Origin: an uncultured delta proteobacterium
Lineage (GTDB): Bacteria > Desulfobacterota > Syntrophobacteria > Syntrophobacterales > Syntrophobacteraceae
Reading direction: 5' to 3'
Length of the DNA: 64,000 nt
Assembly (NCBI GenBank): GCA_963826655.1
Contig: CAWGZP010000186.1
Location: 1,078-65,077 of the forward strand
Position 1 is the first letter of the stretch. Every line of letters starts with the position of its first letter. A model generated the notes under the pieces. That model was not told the DNA's origin, made no database searches, and saw nothing but the letters and a program-made list of their open reading frames with translations. Positions 29,393 to 39,976 of the stretch are shown here, piece by piece. Position numbers and translations under genes: made by a program.

Positions 29393-29517
29393 CTCGGATT
29401 CCCCCGATCCGATTTAGACTGAATCACCCGCCCCACACTGACCTGCGCTCGGCGATTCGGGCTTGCCGAGGTACTCTAGAATTGTCTCCACCTGTCTGGC
29501 AGTTCTGGAGGCCCACC

Positions 29518-29712
29518 TTATCGGGAGAGCCATTTAGACAGTCGCCTTTCAACCTCTTCGTGAGGGATGCTCTCACCACGGTCCAATTCGGCAAGGCCCT
29601 GGTCTACCTGGAGCTTGAAATAAAGCTCTTCTATCACGTCATCCACAGTAACATCATCGGGCATGGACCTCACAAGTTCAATGATTTGCTCTTTGGTGCC
29701 CGGCACGATCAT
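29518..29712 (-). CDS. Small antitoxin-like protein (family uncertain)
   Basis: 64-aa acidic ORF ending '...GESIPHEEVERRLSKWL'. It is followed by a start-less ParE/RelE-like N-terminal remnant that reads RWASRTARQVETILEYLGKPESP. Confidence 0.35.
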   Translation of the reverse strand: MIVPGTKEQIIELVRSMPDDVTVDDVIEELYFKLQVDQGLAELDRGESIPHEEVERRLSKWLSR

Positions 29713-29778
29713 CCCCTGGTATCGGTTTGTCTTGAAGCGATTCGTGTATCTCGTGAATCAGCGAGCATCGAGGCATAC

Positions 29779-30195
29779 TTACATGATATCCTGCCGTCCA
29801 CCGGAGTCAAGCAACTTAACGGCGCACCGTGCATAGCAACAAAAAGGGTTATGGACGGTGACCAACCCCTTTGATTTCTTCAGGTTCCTCGGGGCTCGAA
29901 TCGCAAATCCCGCGAGACGCTGGATTAACAGCCACCCGTCTTCCCGAGTCAATCGGCCATAAACCCTATTTTTAGCAATAAAAAAGGCCAGGATTACTCC
30001 TGGTCTTGGGAAAATCGAGTTCCCCAGTTCGGACCAAACCGGGCAATGGGAGGAGCGAGTCAGTCTTGCGTAGCTGCTTGAGTTTATTGTTACTTCCAAA
30101 TCCTAATACGCTGTTCTGGTCAGAGCATCGTAACCTGCTTGCTTGAGCAGATCGGCAATCTCGACGGGCAGGTTCTCGTCGACTTTGAACTTCAT
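29779..30195 (-). pseudogene. DUF5615 (PIN-like toxin partner of DUF433), truncated or frameshifted
   Basis: ATG 30195 opens 'MKFKVDENLPVEIADLLKQAGYDALTRTAY*', a typical DUF5615 start, and stops after 30 codons (30103). Downstream ORF 29779..30099 keeps only weak similarity ('FPRPGVIL'). Confidence 0.45.
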
Positions 30196-30204
30196 GTTGA
30201 AATC

Positions 30205-30591
<387 letters not shown>

Positions 30592-30608
30592 TCAGCCTTT
30601 TCCCGGGA

Positions 30609-30881
30609 TCAAGAGGCCGCGCACCGGGCAGGCCGGGTCCGGTCACCAGTACCGAGCAAAAGGGCACTGACGGATATATCTTCGTCAAGATCGTCCCAAT
30701 GGATTCCGCTGCCCCCACCGCTGATGATGAACCCCTCCAGTTGTACTTTGGTCGCATTGAGAAGTCGAGGGAAGTAAGCGAGAGGAACCCCGAGTTGACG
30801 TCCATCCGTAAGCTCTATCCACATATTGTTCGCATCAAATGAAACTGTCCTGGCACGCGGTTCAAAAGCTAAAGTGTTCAT
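30609..30881 (-). CDS. DUF2442 domain protein
   Basis: 'VSFDANNMWIELTDGRQLGVPLAYFPRLLNATKVQLEGFIISGGGSGIHWDDLDEDISV'. Confidence 0.7.
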   Translation of the reverse strand: MNTLAFEPRARTVSFDANNMWIELTDGRQLGVPLAYFPRLLNATKVQLEGFIISGGGSGIHWDDLDEDISVSALLLGTGDRTRPARCAAS

Positions 30882-31106
30882 TCCAAAACCTTTCGATCAA
30901 TTCCATGTTCTCTTCAGCCACCCGCATAAGTTCGCGGAGTTCGGTGGCATTCATTCCATAGGATTCCGCAAGGCTGATTCGCGGTAACAGCCAAAACTTG
31001 GCTATGGCTTCACCTCGTTGAACATGAATATGTAATGGCTCAGGCGGATCGCCTCATTCGAGAAGAAGAAAAAACGATATCCCTTGTACCTGAAAACGAC
31101 CAGCAT
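30871..31106 (-). pseudogene. DUF4160 protein with one frame change (GG run at 31052-31053)
   Basis: 'MLVVFRYKGYRFFFFSNE' in one frame is followed in the next frame by 'GDPPEPLHIHVQRGEAIAKFWLLPRISLAESYGMNATELRELMRVAEENMELIERFWNEHF'. It overlaps the DUF2442 start by 11 nt. Confidence 0.6.
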
Positions 31107-31404
31107 ATTCAGAATACCCGCCTTTTCCGAGAAGGAAAAGCCCTTTGAAAATTCAAAGATCGAGGTTCATAGGGAAATTTGTTGCCCCGATCCCCAAAAG
31201 GAATTTATAGGGCATGAGATAATCCAGGACAAAGAAATACTACGGAGAAAGGTTTCAAGGTGATGCTTGAAGTCCTCTTTTCTTGTTGTCTTGTCTCAAG
31301 CCCTCCGTTCATTTGACTTTTTGATGGAGTTGGTTCATCTTGGGCCGGTTATCCCGGTTATAATGAAAGTTGGGCTCCCCCTATATTTCAATCTGGAGGA
31401 ATTG

Positions 31405-32052
31405 ATGAAAATCGAGCAGATCCCGGTCGGTTCCATGCAGGTTTTTTCTTACCTGGTCTACGACGAGGAGACCAAAGAGGGCATTCTGATCGACCCGGCC
31501 GGAAATGAAGAAGACCTTATAGAGCATCTCCGGGAGAAGGGTATAAAACTGCGCTATATCGTAAACACTCATGGGCATCCGGACCACACGTGCGGAAACG
31601 AACCGATAAAGAAGGCGACCGGCGCAAGCGTGATTATGCACGCGTTCGACAATCTTTTCTACCAAAGACCGGAGGCCAAGATGTTTGCCATGAGTATGGG
31701 TTTTACGACTCCGGGTCCTGCCGATATCGGCGTGCTCGATGGTGACGAGCTTGCATTCGGTAATCTCAAGATGAAATTCATCCACACTCCCGGGCACACG
31801 GAGGGGGGATGCTGCATACTTATAGAAGGAAACCTCTTCACCGGGGACACTCTTTTTGTGGGTGGGATCGGGCGCACCGATTTTCCCGGAGGATCGTTCG
31901 AACAATTGATCAAATCGCTTCAAAACCTTGTAAAAACGCTTCCGCCGGATACGGTGGTGTGGCCCGGACACGACTACGGGGACCGGCCACAGTCGACACT
32001 GGGGCACGAAGCGAAAACAAATCCCTATATCGTGGAGTATATGCATGAGTGA
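31405..32052 (+). CDS. MBL-fold metallo-hydrolase (glyoxalase II-like)
   Basis: 'VNTHGHPDHTCGN', 'IHTPGHTEG' and 'GRTDFPGGS'. ATG 31405 is preceded by GGAGG. Confidence 0.85.
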   Translation: MKIEQIPVGSMQVFSYLVYDEETKEGILIDPAGNEEDLIEHLREKGIKLRYIVNTHGHPDHTCGNEPIKKATGASVIMHAFDNLFYQRPEAKMFAMSMGFTTPGPADIGVLDGDELAFGNLKMKFIHTPGHTEGGCCILIEGNLFTGDTLFVGGIGRTDFPGGSFEQLIKSLQNLVKTLPPDTVVWPGHDYGDRPQSTLGHEAKTNPYIVEYMHE

Positions 32053-32142
32053 GAGACCTGCATCGAGTCATACCGGCGGACTGAGCATAAAACGGGCTTT
32101 GCCGGACCTCGTAAAATCGGACCTGCAACGGGAGGGGCTGTA

Positions 32143-33503
32143 TTGAAAGCCAGGAATTTGAAAGAGGGGACCAGATCCCGCCTCCCAAGGGCAAGCTTGG
32201 GGTTCTCATACCCGGTATTGGAGGTGCGATCAGCACGACCTTCATTGCGGGTGTTGAGCTTGTTCGCCGCGGACTGGCTGAACCGGTAGGTTCACTTACC
32301 CAGCTCGGCACCATCAGGCTGGGGAAACGTTTCGAACACCGGTCTCCTAAAATAAAGGATTTTGTTCCCCTGACGGCCCTGGACGACATGGTGTTCGGCG
32401 GCTGGGACCTTTATGAGGCGAATTGCTTTGAGGCGGCACTCTATGCGCGTGTGCTGAAACGCGAACACCTCGACCCGATCAAGGACTTTCTTCAGTCGAT
32501 CATTCCGATGAAAGCGGTTTTCGACCGCAGGTTCGTCAAAAATCTCGATGGCACGTATATAAAAAGTGCCTCCGGTTTGCGCAACCGGGTCGATCAGCTC
32601 AAGGCCGATATCGCCGATTTCAAGGCTCGAAACAGTCTCGAGCGTTGCGTCATGATCTGGTGCGGGAGCACCGAGGTGCATCTCAAGGCGGAGCAAATCC
32701 ACAGTTCGATCGATTCGCTGAATGCGGCGATTGACAGCAACGATCCGGGCATACCCTCCAGCATGCTCTACGCCGTGGCGGCCCTGGAAAGCGGAATACC
32801 GTTCGTCAACGGCGCACCCAACCTGACACTCGACGTTCCTGCGATGATAGAACTGGCCGACTCGGCCGGCGTGCCCGTAACGGGAAAAGACTTCAAGACC
32901 GGTCAGACCCTGATGAAGACAATCCTGGCGCCGGGCCTGAAATCGCGCATGCTTGGTCTGGAGGGATGGTATTCGACAAACATCCTGGGAAACCGGGACG
33001 GGTTAGTCCTTGACGACGCAGAATCGTTCAAAACCAAGGAAGAAAGCAAGCTTTCCGTCCTGGAGTACCTATTGCAGCCCCATCTCTATCCGATCCTCTA
33101 TAAGAATTATTATCACAAGGTGACGATCAACTATTATCCACCCAGGGGAGACAACAAAGAAGGCTGGGATTGTATCGACATCTTCGGATGGCTCGGCTAT
33201 CCCATGCAGATAAAGGTGGACTTCCTGTGTCGCGACAGCATCCTGGCCGCGCCCCTGATCCTCGACCTGGTGCTGTTTATGGACCTGGCGCAGAGGGCCG
33301 GCATGAGCGGTATCCAGGAGTGGCTTTCCTTCTACTTTAAGAGCCCGATGGTAAAGCAGGGTCTCTACCCCGAGCACGACCTTTCCATTCAGTCCATGAA
33401 GCTTAAGAACACGCTTCGCTTCATCATGGGGGAGGAGCAAATCACCCATTTCGGCCTGGACTATTACATGAACGAGGAAGAATTGGGGGGCAGCGAAAAG
33501 TAG
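32143..33503 (+). CDS. Inositol-3-phosphate synthase (myo-inositol-1-phosphate synthase family); 5' end ambiguous
   Basis: 'GKLGVLIPGIGGAISTT', 'FVNGAPN', 'GKDFKTGQT' and 'WYSTNILGNRDG'. The conserved frame is open from 32115 but has no ATG/GTG/TTG before 32388. TTG 32143, preceded by GGGAGGGG, joins it if the G4 run at 32166-32169 is really G5. Confidence 0.75.
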
Positions 33504-33530
33504 GGGCTCCGAAGGACCATTCCACCCCTT

Positions 33531-35507
33531 TCACGGCGGGAATGTCCCCGGTTTTGAGGTAGGCATACCGATTCCCGGCTTGCGTTCCAGCCTCTTTTTG
33601 AGCTTCGGGAAAAGATTCATATCCGTGTGCGGGAGGAAAAGAGCGGCAATGTAGTGTCCCATGTAGGATGACGTCTCGGAAAGCTCCAGGTTGGTCATCT
33701 TTTTCAATAAGTTGACAACGTCTTTTCTGATCCGGTTGGTGAGGCAGCACATCCTGGCTCCCAGCAAGGAGCCGTTCCCGATATAGGTGATCTTGTCCGG
33801 GTCGATTTCAGGAAGCAACCCGATGGTCATGGCCATTTCGACGTCTATGTGGCTGCCGAATCCGCCTGCCAGGACTATTCGGTCGAGGTCCCCGATCTTT
33901 AGGCCGACCTCCTCGAGCAGGGTCTGGCACCCGCTGAAGATGGCTCCTTTTGCGCGGATAAGGTTCCCGGTGTCATTTTCGCTTATAATGATGTCCCTGT
34001 CGATTTGTGCCTTTTGGCTCTTCGCCAGTACATATTCATAAACGCCGTCTCTTTCCCTGATTCTGTCCGATTTCAGGTCCCGGTTGAATTTCCCCAGGTT
34101 GTCGATAATTCCGGCTTCGAAAAGCCTAGCGGCTATGTTAATCAGCCCCGATCCGCATATGCCCCTGGGCCTGACATCCCCCACAGTCAGGATCATTGGC
34201 TCCAGCGTGTGCGGGTCGATTGAGAAGTCCTCGATCGCACCCTTGTCCGCACGCATGCCGAATTGGATGCCGCCGCCTTCGAAGGCCGGACCGGCCGAAC
34301 AGGCGGCGCAGGCAAGCCAATCCCGGTTGCCGATCACGATTTCGGCGTTGGTGCCTATGTCGATATAAAGCGAGATTCGATCTGAGAGGTATATGCCCGA
34401 ACCCATCACCCCGGAGAGAATGTCCCCTCCAACGTAGCTGGACACGTTCGGATAGACGAGCGCGGGCGCATAATCGGCCAGATCGATCCCCAGGTCGACG
34501 GCCCGTACGGTCGGATAAATGGTGGAGGCCGGCACGTAGGGAGAAAGCCGGATGTAGCTGGGGTCGATCTTTAGGAGGAGCTGGGTCATCGTGGTATTTC
34601 CCGCCAAAACAATCGTGGAGATTTGCCGGCGATCTACGCCGGAGACCTCGACGGCACGGTCGATTACTCCGTTGATTGTCCGGACCAGGACTTCGTGCAG
34701 CGTATCGAGTCCTCCAGGCCTTCCAGCATAAATGATCCTGGAGATAACGTCCTCGCCATAGCTGATTTGAGCGTTGAAATCTCCATGCTCCGCAAGTACT
34801 TCGCCTGTAACAAGGTCTATCAGTTGACCGTAAATGGTCGTGGTGCCAATGTCGACAGCCATCGCGAAGTTTTTGTCCGTGGTGTCCCCGGGTTCTATGT
34901 CGATAATTTGGGTTTTCCTGCGCTCAAAGATAGGCCGGTTCATGGTTACAGTGACTTTGAACCCTGCTTGTCTCAATACCCCCGGGAGCTTGCGAATTAC
35001 AGGGAGCCTTACCAGCAACCGGTGTTCACCGTGATTTTGCCTCAGGAAATTGACCAGGCGGGAGGCGTCTGCAAGATTGTCGCTCTGAGTCGGTTCAGGG
35101 AGTTCAAGGTATTTTTTCTCTACCGGAGGTATAAAAAGGCCCTTGCTTTTCAGCTCATCCAGATTTATTTGCCGGATTCGGGCGCTCCTTCTGGGAGGGA
35201 CCCTGTTTAACACCCCTGCGTCTATTTCCGATTCGACCGGGATGCGAACGGTTAGATCACCTTTAATTCGGCACCGGCAGGCCAGTCTGTAGCCGGCGTC
35301 GAGGTCTTCACTGCTGAGATGCTCGGAGATTCCCCCCTCTATTTCGCCTTTCTCGATTATCACTCTGCACTTGCCGCAGAGTCCCTCCCCACCGCACGAA
35401 GCGTTCACGTGTACGCCTGCCTCCATGGCGGCGTGGAGGACACTCTCGGAATCCGGAAACGCGATTTCCCTGTCGTGGGGTAAAAATCTTATCTTACGTG
35501 TCTCCAC
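33531..35507 (-). CDS. [2Fe-2S] ferredoxin - ASKHA/DUF4445 protein (RACo-like reductive activator family)
   Basis: N-terminus 'HVNASCGGEGLCGKCRV'. A long C-terminal ASKHA-type region follows, with 'AVDIGTTTI' and 'YIDIGTNAEIV'. Confidence 0.7.
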   Translation of the reverse strand: METRKIRFLPHDREIAFPDSESVLHAAMEAGVHVNASCGGEGLCGKCRVIIEKGEIEGGISEHLSSEDLDAGYRLACRCRIKGDLTVRIPVESEIDAGVLNRVPPRRSARIRQINLDELKSKGLFIPPVEKKYLELPEPTQSDNLADASRLVNFLRQNHGEHRLLVRLPVIRKLPGVLRQAGFKVTVTMNRPIFERRKTQIIDIEPGDTTDKNFAMAVDIGTTTIYGQLIDLVTGEVLAEHGDFNAQISYGEDVISRIIYAGRPGGLDTLHEVLVRTINGVIDRAVEVSGVDRRQISTIVLAGNTTMTQLLLKIDPSYIRLSPYVPASTIYPTVRAVDLGIDLADYAPALVYPNVSSYVGGDILSGVMGSGIYLSDRISLYIDIGTNAEIVIGNRDWLACAACSAGPAFEGGGIQFGMRADKGAIEDFSIDPHTLEPMILTVGDVRPRGICGSGLINIAARLFEAGIIDNLGKFNRDLKSDRIRERDGVYEYVLAKSQKAQIDRDIIISENDTGNLIRAKGAIFSGCQTLLEEVGLKIGDLDRIVLAGGFGSHIDVEMAMTIGLLPEIDPDKITYIGNGSLLGARMCCLTNRIRKDVVNLLKKMTNLELSETSSYMGHYIAALFLPHTDMNLFPKLKKRLERKPGIGMPTSKPGTFPP

Positions 35508-36649
35508 TTGCTTCCTGCTTCCTGCTCAGTGCTTCTGTTCTTCCTATATAGACGCGAGGCACGCGACCTGAAACCGCGCAGGTCAATTCGTAGGGAATCG
35601 TTCCAATCCGCTCGGCGACCTCAAGCGCCTGGATAACCCCTTGCGGCGATTCTCCCCACAGCAGGACTTCATCGCCTATTGCAACGGGATCATTTGCAAC
35701 GTTTACCATGATGTAGTCCATTGTAACGGTCCCGACGATCGGATACCGTTTGCCCCGGATCAAGACTTCTCCATTGTTGGTTAATCTTCGGTTCAGACCG
35801 TCCGCGTATCCAATCGGCAGTACCGCGATCTTCGTCCGGCACGGCGTTACCCACCGCCGGCCATAGCTTACGGGACATCCCTCGGGCATTTCCCGCAAGT
35901 GAGCAATATATGTTTTTAGAGACATCACCTGCCTTGGCTGTATGCACCTGGAAGTTTCCTTTGAAGGATAATGACCGTACATCAGAATCCCGGGGCGCAC
36001 GGCGTTGAAATAGCTGTCCGGAAGGTCGAGGATCGCGCCGCTGGCGGCCATGTGCACCATCTGCGGTCTATTTGCGAGATTTGGAAGTAGTGCCAGGACT
36101 TCGCGGAACTTTGAAAGCTGAAAGTTCGCAAAGCCTTTGTCTTTTTCGTCGGAGGTCGAGAAGTGGGTGTAAATGCCTTCCCACCGGCAGGCCCTCGATT
36201 TGGCGAGCCGCTCCAACAATTCGGCCGCCCCGGGCAAAAGGACCCCGACTCTTCCCATTCCCGAATCGACTTTGAGATGCACTGCGGCGGGTGTCACCAA
36301 CTTCCCTGCAAGCCTTCTCGACCCATTCCAGGTCCTGATGTCCAAAAATGCTGATGCTAAGGCCCGCTTTTACAGCCCGCCCGATTTCGTCCGAAAAGAG
36401 TCTGCCGAGCAGGAGGATACGCTGCGAAATCCCGCTGTCCCTAAGTTCCATCGCTTCTTCGAACCTGGCGACGGCGAACATTTCACACCCTGCCATGGCA
36501 AGCCTTTTCGCCACAGGCACCGCGCCATGCCCATAAGCATCCGCCTTGATTACCGGAACCACCGCCGAGGGCGCAACCTTTTCGCGAACGCACTCGATAT
36601 TATGGGCAAGGTTATCCAGATTTATTTCCGCGTAGGTCTTGAAACTCAT
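35494..36649 (-). pseudogene. alr: Alanine racemase, split by one frame change near 36304-36306
   Basis: The N-terminal ORF has 'VVPVIKADAYGHGAV' (PLP lysine). The C-terminal ORF has 'VHLKVDSGMGRVG', 'SYGRRW' and 'VLPIGYADG'. Removing one G from the coding-strand GGG gives 'EKACRKLVTPAAVHLKVDSG'. Confidence 0.75.
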
Positions 36650-36713
36650 AAAATTCTCAACACTCCTGTTCCCGCCGGTCTCACCCCGCGCACGCCGAAA
36701 TCATTTTCGGCCA

Positions 36714-39700
36714 TCATTTTCCCGGCGCTTCTAATGCTGCCTCGCATCTTTTGCTAAAGCGGCTCGATAACCACGGGACGACACCCCTCCCGTTCGGCTC
36801 GCGGGCCATCTTGTCCAACTCATTCAGATATTCGTCTGAACGGTCGAGATAAAAAGAGAGCGTTTTATCGAATCTTTTACCCACGATGCCATCCATAAGC
36901 AACTGGCTGACCTCGGGCTTTCTTCTTAACACGGATTGGGAGCGGAGCAATATTTTTCGCTCTTCGTCGGACATCTCCCGGAACAGCGCGCAAAAAACGG
37001 TTCGCGCCCTCGGCTGGTACATCCAGAAATAGAGCAGGTCCAGCGCATTTATTATGATGATCTTTTCGAGGTGCCGGGCTTCCGAGCTTAGCTTGAGCAT
37101 GAAATCCCCGGGGGATTCAAGCATTTTCAAAACGTCTGATTCCGGAAATATCAGTTCCAGTCGTGCATAAGTGTCGAACAACTGCCCGAGCTTGGCGGCG
37201 TAGTCGACCGTTCGAATCTCGATAAATTGATGGCGGTCCGCAAGGCCTTCGATTACTCCGGCGACGCAATCCGAAGCGGTCTTGGAAATGATAGCCGCCC
37301 ACTTCTGGATCGTTCCGGTAATGTCTACGGCGCCAAAGGCAGCCATAACCCCTCCAGCGGCGAAATTCAGCAAAAAGGCGAGCGGAATCGACAGAGTTGT
37401 GCGAAGAAAGAGGTTGCCCGTGGCGGCCGCATTGGGAAGCCCGCGCCACTTGTTGTGGGCAAAGATATAGAGCCCGTTGGCGATGGCCATGAACGTATAG
37501 AGAAGCACCGGGCTGGTGGTGGTGTTGATCGCAAAGCTACGATTGAGGATGAGAGTTTTAACGATATATTCGAGCAGGGGAACGGAAAGGCCGCTGAAGA
37601 GCAATGAATCGCTCAGCCTGCTCCAGTTTACATAGCTGTCCCACTTGAGCAGGGGAGACCTTCGGAGCCCGCCGGCGCCAAACACCGACTGGACTATGTT
37701 TCTCAGGCCTGTAATCACGAACCAGATCAAACCGCCGAACCAGGCAAGAACCCACCAATCCTTTGTTAGATAGAAAGTAAGGAAAGCGGGGATGAAACCC
37801 GCCAGGATCTTTGCAGCGTTCTTCAGTATGCTGTTCAGGTAATTCCATGAAATTTTCGTATCCGACGCCCTGGTTTCGGGAACAATCTCGAGGCCGTTGC
37901 CATTGTCCGGGCCTACGCCACCCAGGGTGACTATGTTGCCCTCGGGAACAATGCGCGTCGACATTTCCCGGATTTCCCAGTCTTCCTCGCGCTTTTGCCC
38001 CGCGTGGCGCAGCCCCGGCAGGTGTCTAAGTGCGCTATAGAGAAGGCGCAGACAGGTTTGAGAGTTGCGTTGCGGAATATATGTACAACGAAAGAAAGTG
38101 TCTATTCTTACGGGAATTATCAGCCTCTGGGAGCCTGTCGAGCCCCGGATCTCCCTGCGGGCGCTCTCGGGAAGGGTCTCGATTATTGCGAGCCCCATCC
38201 CGTGATGGTGGTGGGAATGGCCGGTGGAATCGCTTCCGATTCTCGACCTCAGTGGACCTCCCTTATAATTTGCCTGTAGCGCAGAGATGTTTCGCAGGAT
38301 TTCATGAAATTTTTCGATTCTTTGCGGGCTATATTCGCTTGAGTTTTCCATGCGGTCGATCATTGCGCGGATGTATTTCTTCAGGCCGATAATATTGCGA
38401 TGGTTTATCAGCCTTTGCAATTTGTTTATTTCGTAATAATGAGGGCTGACTCCGGAGGAGAAATCCTTGAGGTTGAAAATCTCCAGGTAACTAATTGCCC
38501 CCTGGCAATCGTAGAGGAGTTCCAGCACATCTTCGGGTTTTAGATGGGTCAAGTTCAGGGTTATCCGGTGGCGTGCACGGAGCCCGGCCAGGCGGCCCAT
38601 CAACTCGCGGGGCGCGAGGTTTAGCAGGTTCGGAACACCCGGACCTTCTCGAGGAACACGCGGGTCGGGAATATCAGGGTTTTGAGCGTGCCTGAGGTAG
38701 CGATCCAGCAGCGCTTCGGAGTCGAGCTTGTTCATTTCGTTTACAAAGGAAATTATTTTCCTTCGCTGCTCCGGATCAGCCGCCTCGAAGCCGGCCCTCA
38801 GCTCTTCAAGGCGTGCGCGCATTTCCGGCAGGAGCTTATTGTGTATGAACTCCGCGAGGTGAAGAAGAGAGGGCTGGCCGGAGCCGACAAACGAAAGGAA
38901 AGCGGTTTGATCGAGGCAGCCAAGGTTCAACCCGAATCTTCCATTTATTTCCAGCCGGTGACGGCGATTAAATTCCTCAAGAATTGCCAGTACATATTCT
39001 TGTTGGTATTCGGAAACTTTCCTCCCTTCCTCCATGAAAAACTTTGTCCGCCGGTCGGCAAGAAAGGCAAGAAAATCCTTGGCGTCCGGGAAGCCTCTTG
39101 GCGAGTAGATAAACTGAATGTAGTCGTCATAAAACCTGGCAGAAAACTCAATGCCCATCCGGACGGTCACGCCCATAATTTCGGCGGCTTCCATGAGTTC
39201 CTTCGCTGCATTCGGCAGAAGGTGGTTGTAGTAAATTACGGTCAGGTGCCGAATACCCTTGATCCAGGCGTCCATTATAATATGAGAAGGCGATTTGCGA
39301 CCCTTGGTGGTCGAATCGTGAACGTGGTGGTCGAAAGCGGCATGGTTCCATTCTTCGGGCATTTCAAGCATATGATACCGGCGCAGAAGAGGGCGGATTA
39401 CCCGCGGTTTGCCCGATACAGCGAGGCGAAAATCATGGGCCAGTTGTAACTGCCGGAACCTGTTGCCGCGGGTCCGCACCATTTCCTTCATAATCTCCAG
39501 CAGGACCCGCGCGGTATTCTTGCGCATGTGCACCTCACCGCCCTGGCCGACCTCGTCTCGAAGGCAGCGCAAGGCGGTGATACGTTCCCCGGCTTGACCG
39601 GCTTCCAGGGACTCCAGCAGTTTTACGGCGGCATAGGCCATGCGCAACCCGGGCGAGGCCGCCAGTTCCTTGATCCCGCGGGGATGAAGGTGAGGGTAGA

Positions 39701-39911
39701 GGAGGGTTTTCAGATACAGTAGGGACTCGTTATGGTTGAGTACATCATTTACAATGCCTGACAACTCGTAGTCGGAATGATCGAAAAGGATTTTGGGTAT
39801 CCCTTTTTCCATAGCGCTTTCAACGTTTCCTGTATTGGGAACTGCCTCGTGCCCATTGTATTGTTCAGCCAAATATCGAACATGTAAGGGAAAGCAGTAA
39901 TAATAACACAA
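36714..39911 (-). CDS. Large uncharacterised multi-pass membrane protein (1,065 aa from TTG; alternative ATG at 39812)
   Basis: A soluble region of about 690 aa includes 'HHVHDSTTKGRKSPSHIIMDAWIKG' and the His cluster 'STGHSHHHHGMG'. At least 5 hydrophobic helices follow (e.g. 'WWVLAWFGGLIWFVITGL', 'TLSIPLAFLLNFAAGGVMAAFGAV'), then a soluble tail of about 160 aa. I recognise no family. Confidence 0.6.
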   Translation of the reverse strand: MCYYYCFPLHVRYLAEQYNGHEAVPNTGNVESAMEKGIPKILFDHSDYELSGIVNDVLNHNESLLYLKTLLYPHLHPRGIKELAASPGLRMAYAAVKLLESLEAGQAGERITALRCLRDEVGQGGEVHMRKNTARVLLEIMKEMVRTRGNRFRQLQLAHDFRLAVSGKPRVIRPLLRRYHMLEMPEEWNHAAFDHHVHDSTTKGRKSPSHIIMDAWIKGIRHLTVIYYNHLLPNAAKELMEAAEIMGVTVRMGIEFSARFYDDYIQFIYSPRGFPDAKDFLAFLADRRTKFFMEEGRKVSEYQQEYVLAILEEFNRRHRLEINGRFGLNLGCLDQTAFLSFVGSGQPSLLHLAEFIHNKLLPEMRARLEELRAGFEAADPEQRRKIISFVNEMNKLDSEALLDRYLRHAQNPDIPDPRVPREGPGVPNLLNLAPRELMGRLAGLRARHRITLNLTHLKPEDVLELLYDCQGAISYLEIFNLKDFSSGVSPHYYEINKLQRLINHRNIIGLKKYIRAMIDRMENSSEYSPQRIEKFHEILRNISALQANYKGGPLRSRIGSDSTGHSHHHHGMGLAIIETLPESARREIRGSTGSQRLIIPVRIDTFFRCTYIPQRNSQTCLRLLYSALRHLPGLRHAGQKREEDWEIREMSTRIVPEGNIVTLGGVGPDNGNGLEIVPETRASDTKISWNYLNSILKNAAKILAGFIPAFLTFYLTKDWWVLAWFGGLIWFVITGLRNIVQSVFGAGGLRRSPLLKWDSYVNWSRLSDSLLFSGLSVPLLEYIVKTLILNRSFAINTTTSPVLLYTFMAIANGLYIFAHNKWRGLPNAAATGNLFLRTTLSIPLAFLLNFAAGGVMAAFGAVDITGTIQKWAAIISKTASDCVAGVIEGLADRHQFIEIRTVDYAAKLGQLFDTYARLELIFPESDVLKMLESPGDFMLKLSSEARHLEKIIIINALDLLYFWMYQPRARTVFCALFREMSDEERKILLRSQSVLRRKPEVSQLLMDGIVGKRFDKTLSFYLDRSDEYLNELDKMAREPNGRGVVPWLSSRFSKRCEAALEAPGK

Positions 39912-39976
39912 CTGGTTTGAGAGAAGCTGCGGCTATTTTCGTTCTTTTACCACCGGACTTCGCCGCAGGGCGAAGA

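Noticed and set aside
39300-39325. 'HHVHDSTTKGRK' in the 1,065-aa protein as a phospholipase-D HxK(x)4D motif
   Set aside because: The spacing and residues do not fit HxKxxxxD, and no second copy with GSxN is present.
38682-39449. 255-aa plus-strand ORF inside the 1,065-aa gene
   Set aside because: The uninterrupted 3.2-kb minus-strand frame is far less likely by chance, and the plus-strand ORF has no motif.
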